Source: Clostridiaceae bacterium
Lineage (GTDB): Bacteria > Bacillota > Clostridia > Clostridiales > Clostridiaceae
Direction of reading: 5' to 3'
Assembly (NCBI GenBank): GCA_039809845.1
Contig: JBDHVQ010000001.1
Coordinates: 1 to 32,966, forward strand
Length of the DNA: 32,966 nt
In this document: positions 17,805 to 26,873 of the stretch, one piece after another
How the letters are laid out: each line of letters begins with the position of its first letter
Position numbering within the stretch: the first letter of the stretch is position 1
Made by a program: the position numbers and the translations under genes
Notes under the pieces: generated by a model
Told to the model about the DNA's origin: nothing
Databases searched by the model: none
The model's input: only the letters and a program-made list of their open reading frames with translations

Positions 17805-18411
17805 TAATTTCCTTGATCCTTTCAGTCAGTTCAGCGGCTTTCCTTTTAAGATCAGACAGGGAACCGCTGTTTTCTATTACAATATCCGCCTTTTTTAATT
17901 TTTCTTCGCGGCTCATCTGATTTCTGATTCGTCCTTCCACTTCCATCTGGGTAATATTGTCTCTTGTCATCACCCTTTTTATCATTTCTTCGTAAGGTAT
18001 ATCTATAAAAACTGAAATGTCGTGGAGTCTTTCACCTTCGGTTTCAAAGAGGAGGGGAGCATCGAGGAACACCATATCACTTCCCGCATCTTCCTCTTTT
18101 TTCATTTCTTCCCTGATTCTGCCGGTTATAAGGGGCATGATTACAGCGAGGTATTTTTTCAGTTCTTCTGAAGATCCGAATACAATTTCTGCGGTCTTTT
18201 TCCTGTCAAAAACATTTCCGGTCATAATCTTTCTCCCGTAGGTACCTTTAAGATAATCCCTGACTTTTTTATCTTCATAGACACTTCTTGATATTTCATC
18301 CGCATCTATAACCTTATAGCCCAGATCCCTTAAAAAGCCTGAAAAGGTGGTCTTGCCTGAGCCTGTGCCTCCTGTGATTCCAATCCTTAATATCTTTTTA
18401 TTTGGCCTCAT
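17761..18411 (-). CDS. coaE: Dephospho-CoA kinase
   Basis: IGITGGTGSGKTT, IDADEIS, DAPLLFE; downstream of polA. ATG 18411 is preferred over GTG 18423. Confidence 0.95.
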   Translation of the reverse strand: MRPNKKILRIGITGGTGSGKTTFSGFLRDLGYKVIDADEISRSVYEDKKVRDYLKGTYGRKIMTGNVFDRKKTAEIVFGSSEELKKYLAVIMPLITGRIREEMKKEEDAGSDMVFLDAPLLFETEGERLHDISVFIDIPYEEMIKRVMTRDNITQMEVEGRIRNQMSREEKLKKADIVIENSGSLSDLKRKAAELTERIKEINDREKTGSKPDGKG

Positions 18412-21079
18412 ACCAGTTTTCACCCGTATTCTGGTCGGATTTCAAGTCGACGAGGAGGTTTAAGGCTGAAGACATTTCCCTTTCGACCAGCTTTCTTACC
18501 CTATCTTCTTCGTTCTTTTTCATATTTATTATAATTTCATCGTGCACCTGGAGTATTATTTTACTTTCAAGTCCTTCTTCCTTCAGTGCATTATAGACTT
18601 TAACCATGGCAAGCTTGATTATGTCAGCAGCAGATCCCTGTATGGGAGAATTCATTGCAAGCCTTACACCCAGAGCCTGTACCATTTTGTTTGTGGATGC
18701 TATTTCAGGTATCTGGCGTCTCCTGTTCATAATGGTCCTTGCAGTTCCTGTCTCTTTGACTTCATTTATAGTCCTGTCAAAGTAGGTCCTTATGCCGGGA
18801 TATCTGTCATAGTATCTGTCTATATATTCCCTTGCTTCTTTCCTCGTGATTCCAAGGTCCTGGCTTAAGGCAAAGTCACCTATTCCGTAGACTATTCCGA
18901 AGTTTACAGCCTTGGCAGAAGACCTGTCCTGGGGTGTTACTTCCTTAGGATCCTTGCCCATGACTTCTGATGCTGTCTTTGTATGTATATCCGTTCCTTC
19001 CCTGAAGGCTTCGAGCATATTTTCATCGGCTGCCATATGGGCAAGTACCCTTAATTCAATCTGGGAATAGTCAGATGATAAAATGATTGAATCCTCATCG
19101 AGGGGAATAAATGCTTTTCTTAATTCCCTTCCCATTTCTACCCTTATGGGTATGTTCTGAAGATTTGGTTCTGTGGATGAAAGTCTTCCAGTAACAGCAA
19201 GGGTCTGCTGAAAGTTTGAATGTATCGCACCGTCTTCGTCCACTGCAGCCATGAGACCTTCGACATAGGTACTGTATATCTTTGTGATCTGCCTGTAGTA
19301 GAGTATCTTTTCTATTATGGGGTGTTTTTCCTTCAGTGCATCGAGTACTTCCTGGTTTGTGGAATAACCTGTCTTAGTCTTTTTCTGCGGCGGAAGTTTC
19401 AGCTTGTCAAAGAGAATTACTCCCAGCTGTTTGGGAGATGAAATATTGAATTCCTCACCTGCAAGTTCATGTATAACTTTGGTGGTTTCTTCAATTTCCT
19501 TCCTGAATTTTTCCTCCATAGATTTTAATACACCAACATCAACCTTCATCCCGGTAAGTTCCATATCGGAGAGGATATTTGTCAGAGGCATTTCTACTTC
19601 AAATAGAAGTTCCCTTAATTCAGCCTCATCGGTCATCTTCTCCAGAACTTCAGTAAGATCGTCTATGTACCTTGTCTCAAGTATTTTATACTGATGCCCT
19701 GTCCCTTCCGTTTCCTTATATAAATATGTGGTTATAAGATCCTTTAAGGAATACTGTCCTCTTCCAGGTTCCAGAAGATACACGGCAAGGAGTACGTCAA
19801 AATCAACGTGGGTAAATTCAATGCCCTTTTTCTTCATGATGGTATATGCATTTTTGATGTTATACCCAAGTTTTTTGAATCCCCTGTCTTCAAATATCTT
19901 TTTAAGGGCTGAAATACCTTCCCCGGATTCTGTCACTTTATTAAAGTCAATTACGTAGTTATTATCACCTGAGGATAAATAGATATATTCAATTTCCCTC
20001 TTTGACAGCATTGGATCTTCCTTATAGGTAAATGAAAGGAGGATGTTGTCGTCCTTAGAAATTTCAGATAAAAGTTTATCAGCATCTTTACCGGTAATTA
20101 CATCTGTCCAAATTATATTATCAGCAACAGAAGGTTCAGGAGGTAAGTTTTCAGTATCGACGTTATAAATTTCAACTCCTGCAGAATCAGGTTTCAATTC
20201 TGACTGGGGTGTATCTGAAGGTCCCAGTTTATTCAAAAGCTGACGGAACTGAAGCTTTAAATAAAGTTCACGGAGCTTTTTTTCATCGTAATTTTCCATA
20301 GATTTTATTTCTTCAAAATCTATCTCCATGGGAACATCTCTTTTGATGGTCGCAAGCCTTCTGCTCATCACTGCATCTTCATAGTGTTCCACGAGGTTTT
20401 CCTTAAGTTTTTTTCTCGTGATATCCCCGATGTTTTCGTAGAGATTTTCTATGGATCCATACTCCTGAATAAGAGAAAAGGCAGTCTTTTCACCGACTCC
20501 CGGAACTCCCGGAATATTGTCGGATTTGTCTCCCATAAGTCCCTTGACATCTATAAACTGGGTAGGAGTAACCCCGAATTCTTCAAAAAAATCATCGTCA
20601 TTATAAATTACCTTGTCCGAAACACCTCTTTTTGTAATTACAACCTTAGTCATTTTTGACGCCAGCTGAAGTGTATCTTTATCTCCTGAGAGTATATAGC
20701 ATTCAATACCTTCCTTTTCAGCTTCAAGGGAAATGGTACCGATAAGATCATCTGCTTCAAAACCAGGTATACCGAAGATGCTTATTGCCATTGCGGATAA
20801 AACATCCTTAATGACAGGCATCTGTTCAGCAAGTTCATCGCTCATACCCTTCCTGGTACCCTTATATTCAGCATATTCAGTGTTTCTGAAGGAACCTCCG
20901 GGCATGTCAAAAACAGCCGCAGTAAAATCGGGCTTTAATTCTTCCCTTATTTTATTGAGGATATTGATGTATCCTAAAACTGCGTTGGTGTTCAGGCCTT
21001 CAGTAGTGACCATTCTGGGCATACCGAAAAATGCCCTGTTCATTATTGAATTGGAATCTATTATGAGGAGCTTTTCCAT
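18398..21079 (-). CDS. polA: DNA polymerase I
   Basis: 5'-3' exonuclease (EADDLIG, GDKSDNIPGVPGVGEKTA), TGRLSSTEPNLQNIP, DYSQIELR, KAVNFGIVYG, QVHDE. Confidence 0.99.
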   Translation of the reverse strand: MEKLLIIDSNSIMNRAFFGMPRMVTTEGLNTNAVLGYINILNKIREELKPDFTAAVFDMPGGSFRNTEYAEYKGTRKGMSDELAEQMPVIKDVLSAMAISIFGIPGFEADDLIGTISLEAEKEGIECYILSGDKDTLQLASKMTKVVITKRGVSDKVIYNDDDFFEEFGVTPTQFIDVKGLMGDKSDNIPGVPGVGEKTAFSLIQEYGSIENLYENIGDITRKKLKENLVEHYEDAVMSRRLATIKRDVPMEIDFEEIKSMENYDEKKLRELYLKLQFRQLLNKLGPSDTPQSELKPDSAGVEIYNVDTENLPPEPSVADNIIWTDVITGKDADKLLSEISKDDNILLSFTYKEDPMLSKREIEYIYLSSGDNNYVIDFNKVTESGEGISALKKIFEDRGFKKLGYNIKNAYTIMKKKGIEFTHVDFDVLLAVYLLEPGRGQYSLKDLITTYLYKETEGTGHQYKILETRYIDDLTEVLEKMTDEAELRELLFEVEMPLTNILSDMELTGMKVDVGVLKSMEEKFRKEIEETTKVIHELAGEEFNISSPKQLGVILFDKLKLPPQKKTKTGYSTNQEVLDALKEKHPIIEKILYYRQITKIYSTYVEGLMAAVDEDGAIHSNFQQTLAVTGRLSSTEPNLQNIPIRVEMGRELRKAFIPLDEDSIILSSDYSQIELRVLAHMAADENMLEAFREGTDIHTKTASEVMGKDPKEVTPQDRSSAKAVNFGIVYGIGDFALSQDLGITRKEAREYIDRYYDRYPGIRTYFDRTINEVKETGTARTIMNRRRQIPEIASTNKMVQALGVRLAMNSPIQGSAADIIKLAMVKVYNALKEEGLESKIILQVHDEIIINMKKNEEDRVRKLVEREMSSALNLLVDLKSDQNTGENWYEAK

Positions 21080-21410
21080 TTAACTTCCTTTCCCACGGGT
21101 ATTCAGATATTTTTTTATTTTAAATATTATTTTTCATTCCCAAATATTCTCAATGTATCTTTATATTTAATCTCAGAATGAAACCAGATTCACTAATAAT
21201 TCCCATGTAACAGCAATGAAATTATTATACATCAGTTACTTTAAATTGGGCTTAATGCATAAACCAATTGAAACATACGAAAGACTCCGCGGTCTGCTGT
21301 AGATGTCATTTGTAGGATCACCTCGATACCCAGAATTTTAATTATTTTTATACTCCAAGATAATGACTCAGAAGTTCTCACCACGATATCGGCTGAATTT
21401 TTTCACTTTT

Positions 21411-21508
21411 GGTTTCACACTGAGGGTTTCACATTCAATATTCCCTCTGATGGTTTTACACCCATTGGTTTGCATTTATTGTTATGCATTTATTGTCATG
21501 CATTAATG
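21411..21508. repeat. Degenerate tandem array with a period of about 14 bp
   Basis: GGTTTCACACTGAG GGTTTCACATTCAA ... GGTTTTACACCCATT GGTTTGCATTTATT GTTATGCATTTATT GTCATGCATTAATG. Confidence 0.65.
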
Positions 21509-21760
21509 ATTCCACGCTTAAGATTTTTTTAATCATGATGTGTAAAAATTCACCATGGCTGATACAATTTAATTCCGGGATTATTTTCCCACAGCGATAA
21601 AAGGATAGTATAAAGAATAAAAGTTAAAAAAGTTAAGCTGTTTCACTTAAAAACAGCAATGTAAATTAACGGTATCTGATCCTATCATATTGATCCGCTA
21701 AATAAATCGTCAATACAAGAAATACACTGATTCATCAGTTTAAAACCGGAGCACTTAAAA

Positions 21761-22126
21761 ATGAAAAAAATACTAATGACAGGTCTTATGGGAGCCTTGG
21801 CTGCCGTAATAAGACTTAAAATAATAAATATACCCCAGCCCATGTATTTTCCATATATTACTTTTTCAATAAATATACTGGCATCAGGACTTGCAGGATT
21901 TTTAGCCGGAAGACTGCAGAATAAGGGTGTGAAATTCAGTACCCTGTTATTCTGTCTCTTTATGGGATTTGCCCACAGTCTTTCCACTTTTTCAGGATTT
22001 ATGAGGGAAATCCACGCAATGAATATCCATGCCCATCTTATTTTTTCACTGATCTACATGACGGTGTCAGTAATTGCAGGAATAGGTGTCTCCTGGTATT
22101 TCTACGGAAGAGGTAAGAAGATATGA
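21761..22126 (+). CDS. crcB: Fluoride channel Fluc/CrcB subunit 1 (divergent)
   Basis: GALAAVIR, FPYITFSINIL, GFAHSLSTFSGF; four TMs. Confidence 0.8.
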   Translation: MKKILMTGLMGALAAVIRLKIINIPQPMYFPYITFSINILASGLAGFLAGRLQNKGVKFSTLLFCLFMGFAHSLSTFSGFMREIHAMNIHAHLIFSLIYMTVSVIAGIGVSWYFYGRGKKI

Positions 22127-22452
22127 CATATTTATACGTTGCTGCAGGGGGCTTTATAGGAAGTATTTTAAGATATATCATATGGTGCCTTTTTAAGGAA
22201 AAGCGCTCAGCCTCACTTATTTATAATACCCTCGGGTGCTTTGCCCTGGGTTTTACCATAAGAGGCGGTGTTTCTGGAGATTTCATGCTTTTTCTACAGT
22301 CAGGAATCATAGGTTCATTCACTGCATTCAGTGGAATGGTGCTTGATTTTACGGAAGGCACTCAAAAAGGAGAAAAGATAAAATCCCTGATTTATATATT
22401 CCTCTCCCTTATTCTTGGATACACGGCCTTTATCATAGGACAGATGATATGA
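22123..22452 (+). CDS. crcB: Fluoride channel Fluc/CrcB subunit 2
   Basis: GGFIGSILRY, NTLGCFALG, GIIGSFTAFS; overlaps subunit 1. Confidence 0.87.
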   Translation: MTYLYVAAGGFIGSILRYIIWCLFKEKRSASLIYNTLGCFALGFTIRGGVSGDFMLFLQSGIIGSFTAFSGMVLDFTEGTQKGEKIKSLIYIFLSLILGYTAFIIGQMI

Positions 22453-22476
22453 TGTAATGCATAAATAAAGCACAAT

Positions 22477-22519
22477 ACAGCAAACCCACAGAGAATTGAT
22501 TTCCCTGTGGGTTTGCTGT
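22477..22519. terminator. Intrinsic terminator between convergent genes
   Basis: 15 bp inverted repeat ACAGCAAACCCACAG / CTGTGGGTTTGCTGT. Confidence 0.8.
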
Positions 22520-22559
22520 TCTGATATTTAGTATTGAGAAAGATTTTTCCGTAATTTTT

Positions 22560-23315
22560 TTAACGGGCTGACATTTCAGTCTGAACATTTTCTTCCATCA
22601 TTATCTGAACATTTTCATCTATCATAGTGGGTCCCATCATATCCGCAAGATTAGCCTTTGGTGAGAGACCGGAGGTCGGTGCAGTCCTGGTGCCTTTTAA
22701 AATCACTTCATTTACCGGTTCTTCAAGTACTGTGATTTCAGTTGTAATTTTATACTGTGAATTACCGTCCGCATCGAAGTATTCCTTGTATTTTACTAGT
22801 TTTGAGCCTTTCTTTCCCCTGGTTTTTATTATGGTCTTCCCTTCGGGGATAGTAGGATCTTCAGTTTCTGTTATTTCATAGGGTATTTCCTCAACGATAC
22901 TACCAATTTTGATGTTTCCACCTTCAGGCTTTAAAGGATCTGATTCTTCAGGCTGTATTGTGCCCGGCTGTGTCATTTCATCAACAGTCGTTGTTTCAGA
23001 TATTGTATCTGTTCCGGGTGATGTTGATGTTTCACCACCGGGTACTGTTGAAGTATCTTCGGGTATGCTAGTACTGTTGTCTTCTGCCCCCGTAGAAGGT
23101 TCCGGTGCAGCCGGGAAATTGTCCCCATATACTTCTTTTTCATCAGGAACACTTAATATCGTATCTTCGGAAGAATCGATGTGGATATTGTTGATATAGG
23201 TCCTCATTTCCCTTGTTACAGCCTGATAGGATTTATCAGAAGGTTTAAAAAAACCTAAGGGCTTTAAACCCAGAAGAGAAATCATTATTGTTATGAATAA
23301 TTTCAGAAGAGTCAT
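22560..23315 (-). CDS. Secreted or anchored protein with S/T/P/E-rich linker and one G5 domain
   Basis: N-terminal hydrophobic segment; EEIPYEITETEDPTIPEGKTIIKTRGKKG...EEPVNEVILKGT G5 pattern; GGAGGA RBS. Confidence 0.85.
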   Translation of the reverse strand: MTLLKLFITIMISLLGLKPLGFFKPSDKSYQAVTREMRTYINNIHIDSSEDTILSVPDEKEVYGDNFPAAPEPSTGAEDNSTSIPEDTSTVPGGETSTSPGTDTISETTTVDEMTQPGTIQPEESDPLKPEGGNIKIGSIVEEIPYEITETEDPTIPEGKTIIKTRGKKGSKLVKYKEYFDADGNSQYKITTEITVLEEPVNEVILKGTRTAPTSGLSPKANLADMMGPTMIDENVQIMMEENVQTEMSAR

Positions 23316-23683
23316 TTGAGATCTTCCTCCTTTAATTTAAATCGGCAATGAGATTACGTAAGTTCCGTAATTAATAATAAGTCATCGAATTTTCGTTATA
23401 TTATAAACTAATTTTCTCCACTGAGGAAGATGCAGTTTACAGTTTATTTTTATTTTCACCTCTTTTAAACCATTTTTCACCAGGACAAAATCCAACGGAC
23501 CCTTGTGAATACTGCTGACAGTATCTTTACATAATGCATTTCAGATCTTAATATTTCCCAATCCTTACTTTAATGCATTTTGGAAATACTATCATGGATT
23601 AATGAATATCTTCAGGAATATTCTCTTTGAGAGAAGTCCGATACAGAAATCAGTTCGGTGGAAATCTTAATTTATATTTTTTA

Positions 23684-23712
23684 TTGTTAAGAACTGATTA
23701 ATATGGTAGAAT
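23684..23712 (+). promoter_or_regulatory. SigA promoter of tRNA-Leu(CAA)
   Basis: TTGTTA-17 nt-TAGAAT with a TGn extension. Confidence 0.72.
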
Positions 23713-23726
23713 AATCTCCGTTATAT

Positions 23727-23813
23727 GCCACTGTGGTGAAATCGGCAGACGCGCAGGACTCAAAATCCTGTGGTAGCAATACCGTACCGGTTCGACCCCG
23801 GTCAGTGGCACCA
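23727..23813 (+). tRNA. tRNA-Leu(CAA)
   Basis: Acceptor stem GCCACTG/CAGTGGC with CCA, anticodon arm CAGGA-CTCAAAA-TCCTG, long variable arm, GGTTCGACCCC T arm. Confidence 0.97.
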
Positions 23814-23822
23814 TAATAAAGT

Positions 23823-23858
23823 CCGGGAGCTCTTTTATTATTGGGTTCCCGGTTTTTT
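23823..23858 (+). terminator. Intrinsic terminator after tRNA
   Basis: CCGGGAGCTC / GGGTTCCCGG stem followed by T6. Confidence 0.8.
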
Positions 23859-23976
23859 CATGTCAGAATTCTGACACTTTAAGGTGACTTTAATTACGTC
23901 TTAATTATGAGGCATTAAAATTAAAATAAGAAAAAAGAATGAACAGATTGCATAAAAATCAGAAGGAGGATAAAAA

Positions 23977-24480
23977 GTGAAAATCAAAATTAAACACAGA
24001 ATAGTAAAAGCATTTACTCTAATTGTTTTATTATCCTCTTTAACGGCGGTAAATGAAGTCTATTCACTTAATCTACCCGATACAGAAAAGACAAGTACTT
24101 CTGCTGCAGAAAAAAAGATATTCACATTTTCAGACCAGAGTGAAATAACACTGAAAAGTATATCCAGGGGTAAAACATATGACGGAAAAGATGCCGTAAT
24201 AATAACCTATGATTTCAAGAACCTTTCACAGTCCCCTGTGGCTCCCTTTTCTTCCGTAGGTATAAAAGTATACCAGAACGGAAAAGAACTCCAGACCGGC
24301 TTCTCCCCCGATGTTAAAGACAATACAATAAAACCTGCTGAGAAAGATTCAGAAATCAAAGACTGCAGTGCGATATTTATGGGCGATGAAAAAAACGGAG
24401 ATCTCACGATAGAAATCTATCCCCTTTTCTCCAGCCAGACAGGAAAAGAAACATTTGAAGTAAGCTATCCTTTGAAATAA
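23977..24480 (+). CDS. Secreted DUF5067-like protein
   Basis: GTG start with AAGGAGG RBS, signal peptide, YDGKDAVIITYDFKN...VYQNGKEL pattern. Confidence 0.75.
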   Translation: MKIKIKHRIVKAFTLIVLLSSLTAVNEVYSLNLPDTEKTSTSAAEKKIFTFSDQSEITLKSISRGKTYDGKDAVIITYDFKNLSQSPVAPFSSVGIKVYQNGKELQTGFSPDVKDNTIKPAEKDSEIKDCSAIFMGDEKNGDLTIEIYPLFSSQTGKETFEVSYPLK

Positions 24481-24501
24481 GTACAAAAAAATAATTCATA
24501 C

Positions 24502-24529
24502 AAAAGAGTCCGGTCTGACCGGACTTTTT
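24502..24529 (+). terminator. Intrinsic terminator
   Basis: AGTCCGGT-ctg-ACCGGACT followed by a T-tract. Confidence 0.78.
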
Positions 24530-24577
24530 CTATTTCATCCCATAATCCCTTAAAATCTATCCGACACTTATTTCTTT

Positions 24578-24602
24578 TCTCATCTCATCTCATCTCATCT
24601 CA
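24578..24602. repeat. (TCTCA)5 microsatellite
   Basis: Five perfect pentamer copies. Confidence 0.9.
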
Positions 24603-24623
24603 TTTATGATAATAATTCCTTTT

Positions 24624-24695
24624 ATGACTTCTCCAACGATTTTATTCACGATTCTATTTATGATTAAATTTGTGATTTCTTTCATGATTTCTTAG
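24624..24695. repeat. 6 x 12 bp degenerate tandem array
   Basis: ATGACTTCTCCA ACGATTTTATTC ACGATTCTATTT ATGATTAAATTT GTGATTTCTTTC ATGATTTCTTAG. Confidence 0.65.
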
Positions 24696-24809
24696 GGTCA
24701 TCGCTTTCAGGTGATACATCTATGCACTTATTTTTAATTCCATATTCATCGTGTTAAAATCAGAATAGTAAAAAAATTATTGAAACTGTAAAATCAGAGA
24801 GGATAAATA

Positions 24810-25694
24810 ATGGATATCAAGGAAAGATGGGCAAATATACGGGGTGTAGTGACAGTACTCATTATCTTCACCATATTTCTTATAATTAAATTCATGGACT
24901 ACTTTCTTGTAAATGCAGTGAAGAACAGGCTCGGAATCAATTTTCTGTATCTCTATCCCTGCCTTGCGATTCTTTTCATGATCACAAGATTCAGAGGTTC
25001 GGAAGGACTGGGATACAGTGCTGTAAAGGCAGACGGACTTTTATACTCTATAATTTTCTATCTCCCCTTCTATTCAGCCGGAACTCTTGCTGAAATGATA
25101 GCAGGTATGGCAGGCGGAGCCAGGAGTGGATTTTTATTCTTTCCCCAGAATTTCAGGATAAATTTCATCGGAAATACATCACCATTGGTGTCCAGGGTAA
25201 TCCTCATTTTTATATATTATGTGCTGGTGGTGGTCCTTGAGGAGAGTTTCTTCAGGGGTATAATGCATTCGACATTTTTAAAAATAATGAAACCAATGGC
25301 TTCATATATTTCCATAGGAATACTGTTTTCCGTATGGCAGCTTATTAAACCATTAAGAGGTTATACTCTGGATCCTATGCATACAGATATCTATGTAAGA
25401 GAAGCCGTAGTTACATTCCTCCTTTATTTTGTCCTAAGTATCAAATGGGATCTTTTGAAAGAAGGGACGGGTTCACTCTGGTTTTCAACGGGAGACCATT
25501 TCCTTTCAGTATTCCTTTTCAATATTTTCCATGTGACTCAAGATGGTGTGATGGACCAGGATTTATTTATAAGATATATTTTCATATCAGTCGTACCACT
25601 TATTCTTCTGTTTATGATAAGAAATAAAGGGATTCACTCCGGGATACTTAAAAAAGCTTTTCCTCAGTGGGCAGTTAAAAAAATTGCAGAATAA
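24810..25694 (+). CDS. CPBP/Abi (CAAX-protease-like) intramembrane protein
   Basis: EESFFRG motif 1, LFSVWQ, TGSLW...H; multiple TMs; GAGGA RBS. Confidence 0.85.
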   Translation: MDIKERWANIRGVVTVLIIFTIFLIIKFMDYFLVNAVKNRLGINFLYLYPCLAILFMITRFRGSEGLGYSAVKADGLLYSIIFYLPFYSAGTLAEMIAGMAGGARSGFLFFPQNFRINFIGNTSPLVSRVILIFIYYVLVVVLEESFFRGIMHSTFLKIMKPMASYISIGILFSVWQLIKPLRGYTLDPMHTDIYVREAVVTFLLYFVLSIKWDLLKEGTGSLWFSTGDHFLSVFLFNIFHVTQDGVMDQDLFIRYIFISVVPLILLFMIRNKGIHSGILKKAFPQWAVKKIAE

Positions 25695-26012
25695 ATTCTC
25701 TCACCCTCGCACATGCGGGTAAAGGAAAAATTGATGAGAGGTTTTATTGATGTTAAAAAGGATATATATAACTTCAATGAAGAAAATGGAAATTTATCCC
25801 GTAAGATTGGATACAATCATGTCTCTGTGGTTAAATATATGCTGAAGCGGAATACTGTATTAATTTTCAGTATATGTTGTTATACTGACTTAACAATAAA
25901 TCCAGATAAATCACCCGAAAACTCGAAAAAAAAGAAGTTCGGTATATCATTTAATCTGTATTGAAGAAATTAAGGATTGAAAGATTGAAGAATAATTACA
26001 CTTAAATAAAAT

Positions 26013-26045
26013 ACCGGCAGAAAGAGTATTCGCTTCCTGCCGGTT
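26013..26045. terminator. Intrinsic terminator
   Basis: ACCGGCAG...CTGCCGGT flanked by A and T tracts. Confidence 0.75.
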
Positions 26046-26049
26046 TTTA

Positions 26050-26718
26050 TTATGCCATGATATATTTTCTGTTTCCTTCTGAGAGAATGGAAAAAACCTG
26101 CTTTAAATTGTTTGTGGTGATGGAATCCACCCCCATATCAATCATGTGTCTTATGTCCATGTCGTGGTCCACAGTCCATACGTATACTCCAAGTTTCAGG
26201 ATGGATGCTGTTTCTTTAAGTGTCCTTGTGAGCATTCTGTAATTTATGTTGAATCCAAAGGCTCCTTCTTTTTTAACTTCAGTCAGTATGTCCATGCAAT
26301 AGTCTTCAAAATAGAGTTTGGGAAGTTCGATTTCTGAAGGTTCGATATTTGCAAGATAACTGAATTCTCCTTCAAGGGCCGAAGCTCTATGGAGATTTTT
26401 AAGGGAAATACCTGAAAAATAACACTGGTCTTCCATTTCATGTTCCCTTATTAAAGCGGCAGTTCCTTCAAGGGCACTGATATCCTTGATATCTAAATTA
26501 AGAAGATAATCCTTTCCCTTTGCAAATTTTAAGAATGATTCAAGGCTTCCCTTGTTATCACCCTTGTCATGTCCCATCACTATTTTTCCGTCATCAGTAA
26601 TATTGACGTCTGCCTCTATGACATCGGGACAGTACTTTTCTATATATTCCATGGATTCTATAGTATTCGGATCTGTATAATCTGCACCTGCGTGGGCGGT
26701 TATAATTGGTTTTTTCAT
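26050..26718 (-). CDS. Glycerophosphodiester phosphodiesterase family protein
   Basis: ITAHAG, IEADV..T.DG..V.GHD, VYVWTVD, GVDSITTN. Confidence 0.9.
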   Translation of the reverse strand: MKKPIITAHAGADYTDPNTIESMEYIEKYCPDVIEADVNITDDGKIVMGHDKGDNKGSLESFLKFAKGKDYLLNLDIKDISALEGTAALIREHEMEDQCYFSGISLKNLHRASALEGEFSYLANIEPSEIELPKLYFEDYCMDILTEVKKEGAFGFNINYRMLTRTLKETASILKLGVYVWTVDHDMDIRHMIDMGVDSITTNNLKQVFSILSEGNRKYIMA

Positions 26719-26801
26719 ATTACCCTCCTTTTCTTTAATGAAATTCTATTCAATGAATGTTAATCACCGCCTTATTCTATGTAAATTAATGTTAAAAAGA
26801 G

Positions 26802-26843
26802 AAAACGTATTGAATGAAGATATTTCTTCTCTCAATACGTTTT
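26802..26843. terminator. Intrinsic terminator
   Basis: AAAACGTATTGA / TCAATACGTTTT inverted repeat downstream of the 26874 gene. Confidence 0.7.
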
Positions 26844-26873
26844 GATAATGATTTATTTTACATTTATAAAATA

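Noticed and set aside
21540-21760. Fluoride riboswitch expected before crcB
   Set aside because: No GGnGAUG...CUGAUGAC-type consensus is visible.
25713-25964. 83 aa plus-strand ORF
   Set aside because: No convincing RBS or motif in an AT-rich spacer; cannot be supported.
26050-26718. GDPD as a pseudo-enzyme (HAG instead of HRG)
   Set aside because: Both catalytic His residues and the ExD motif are retained.
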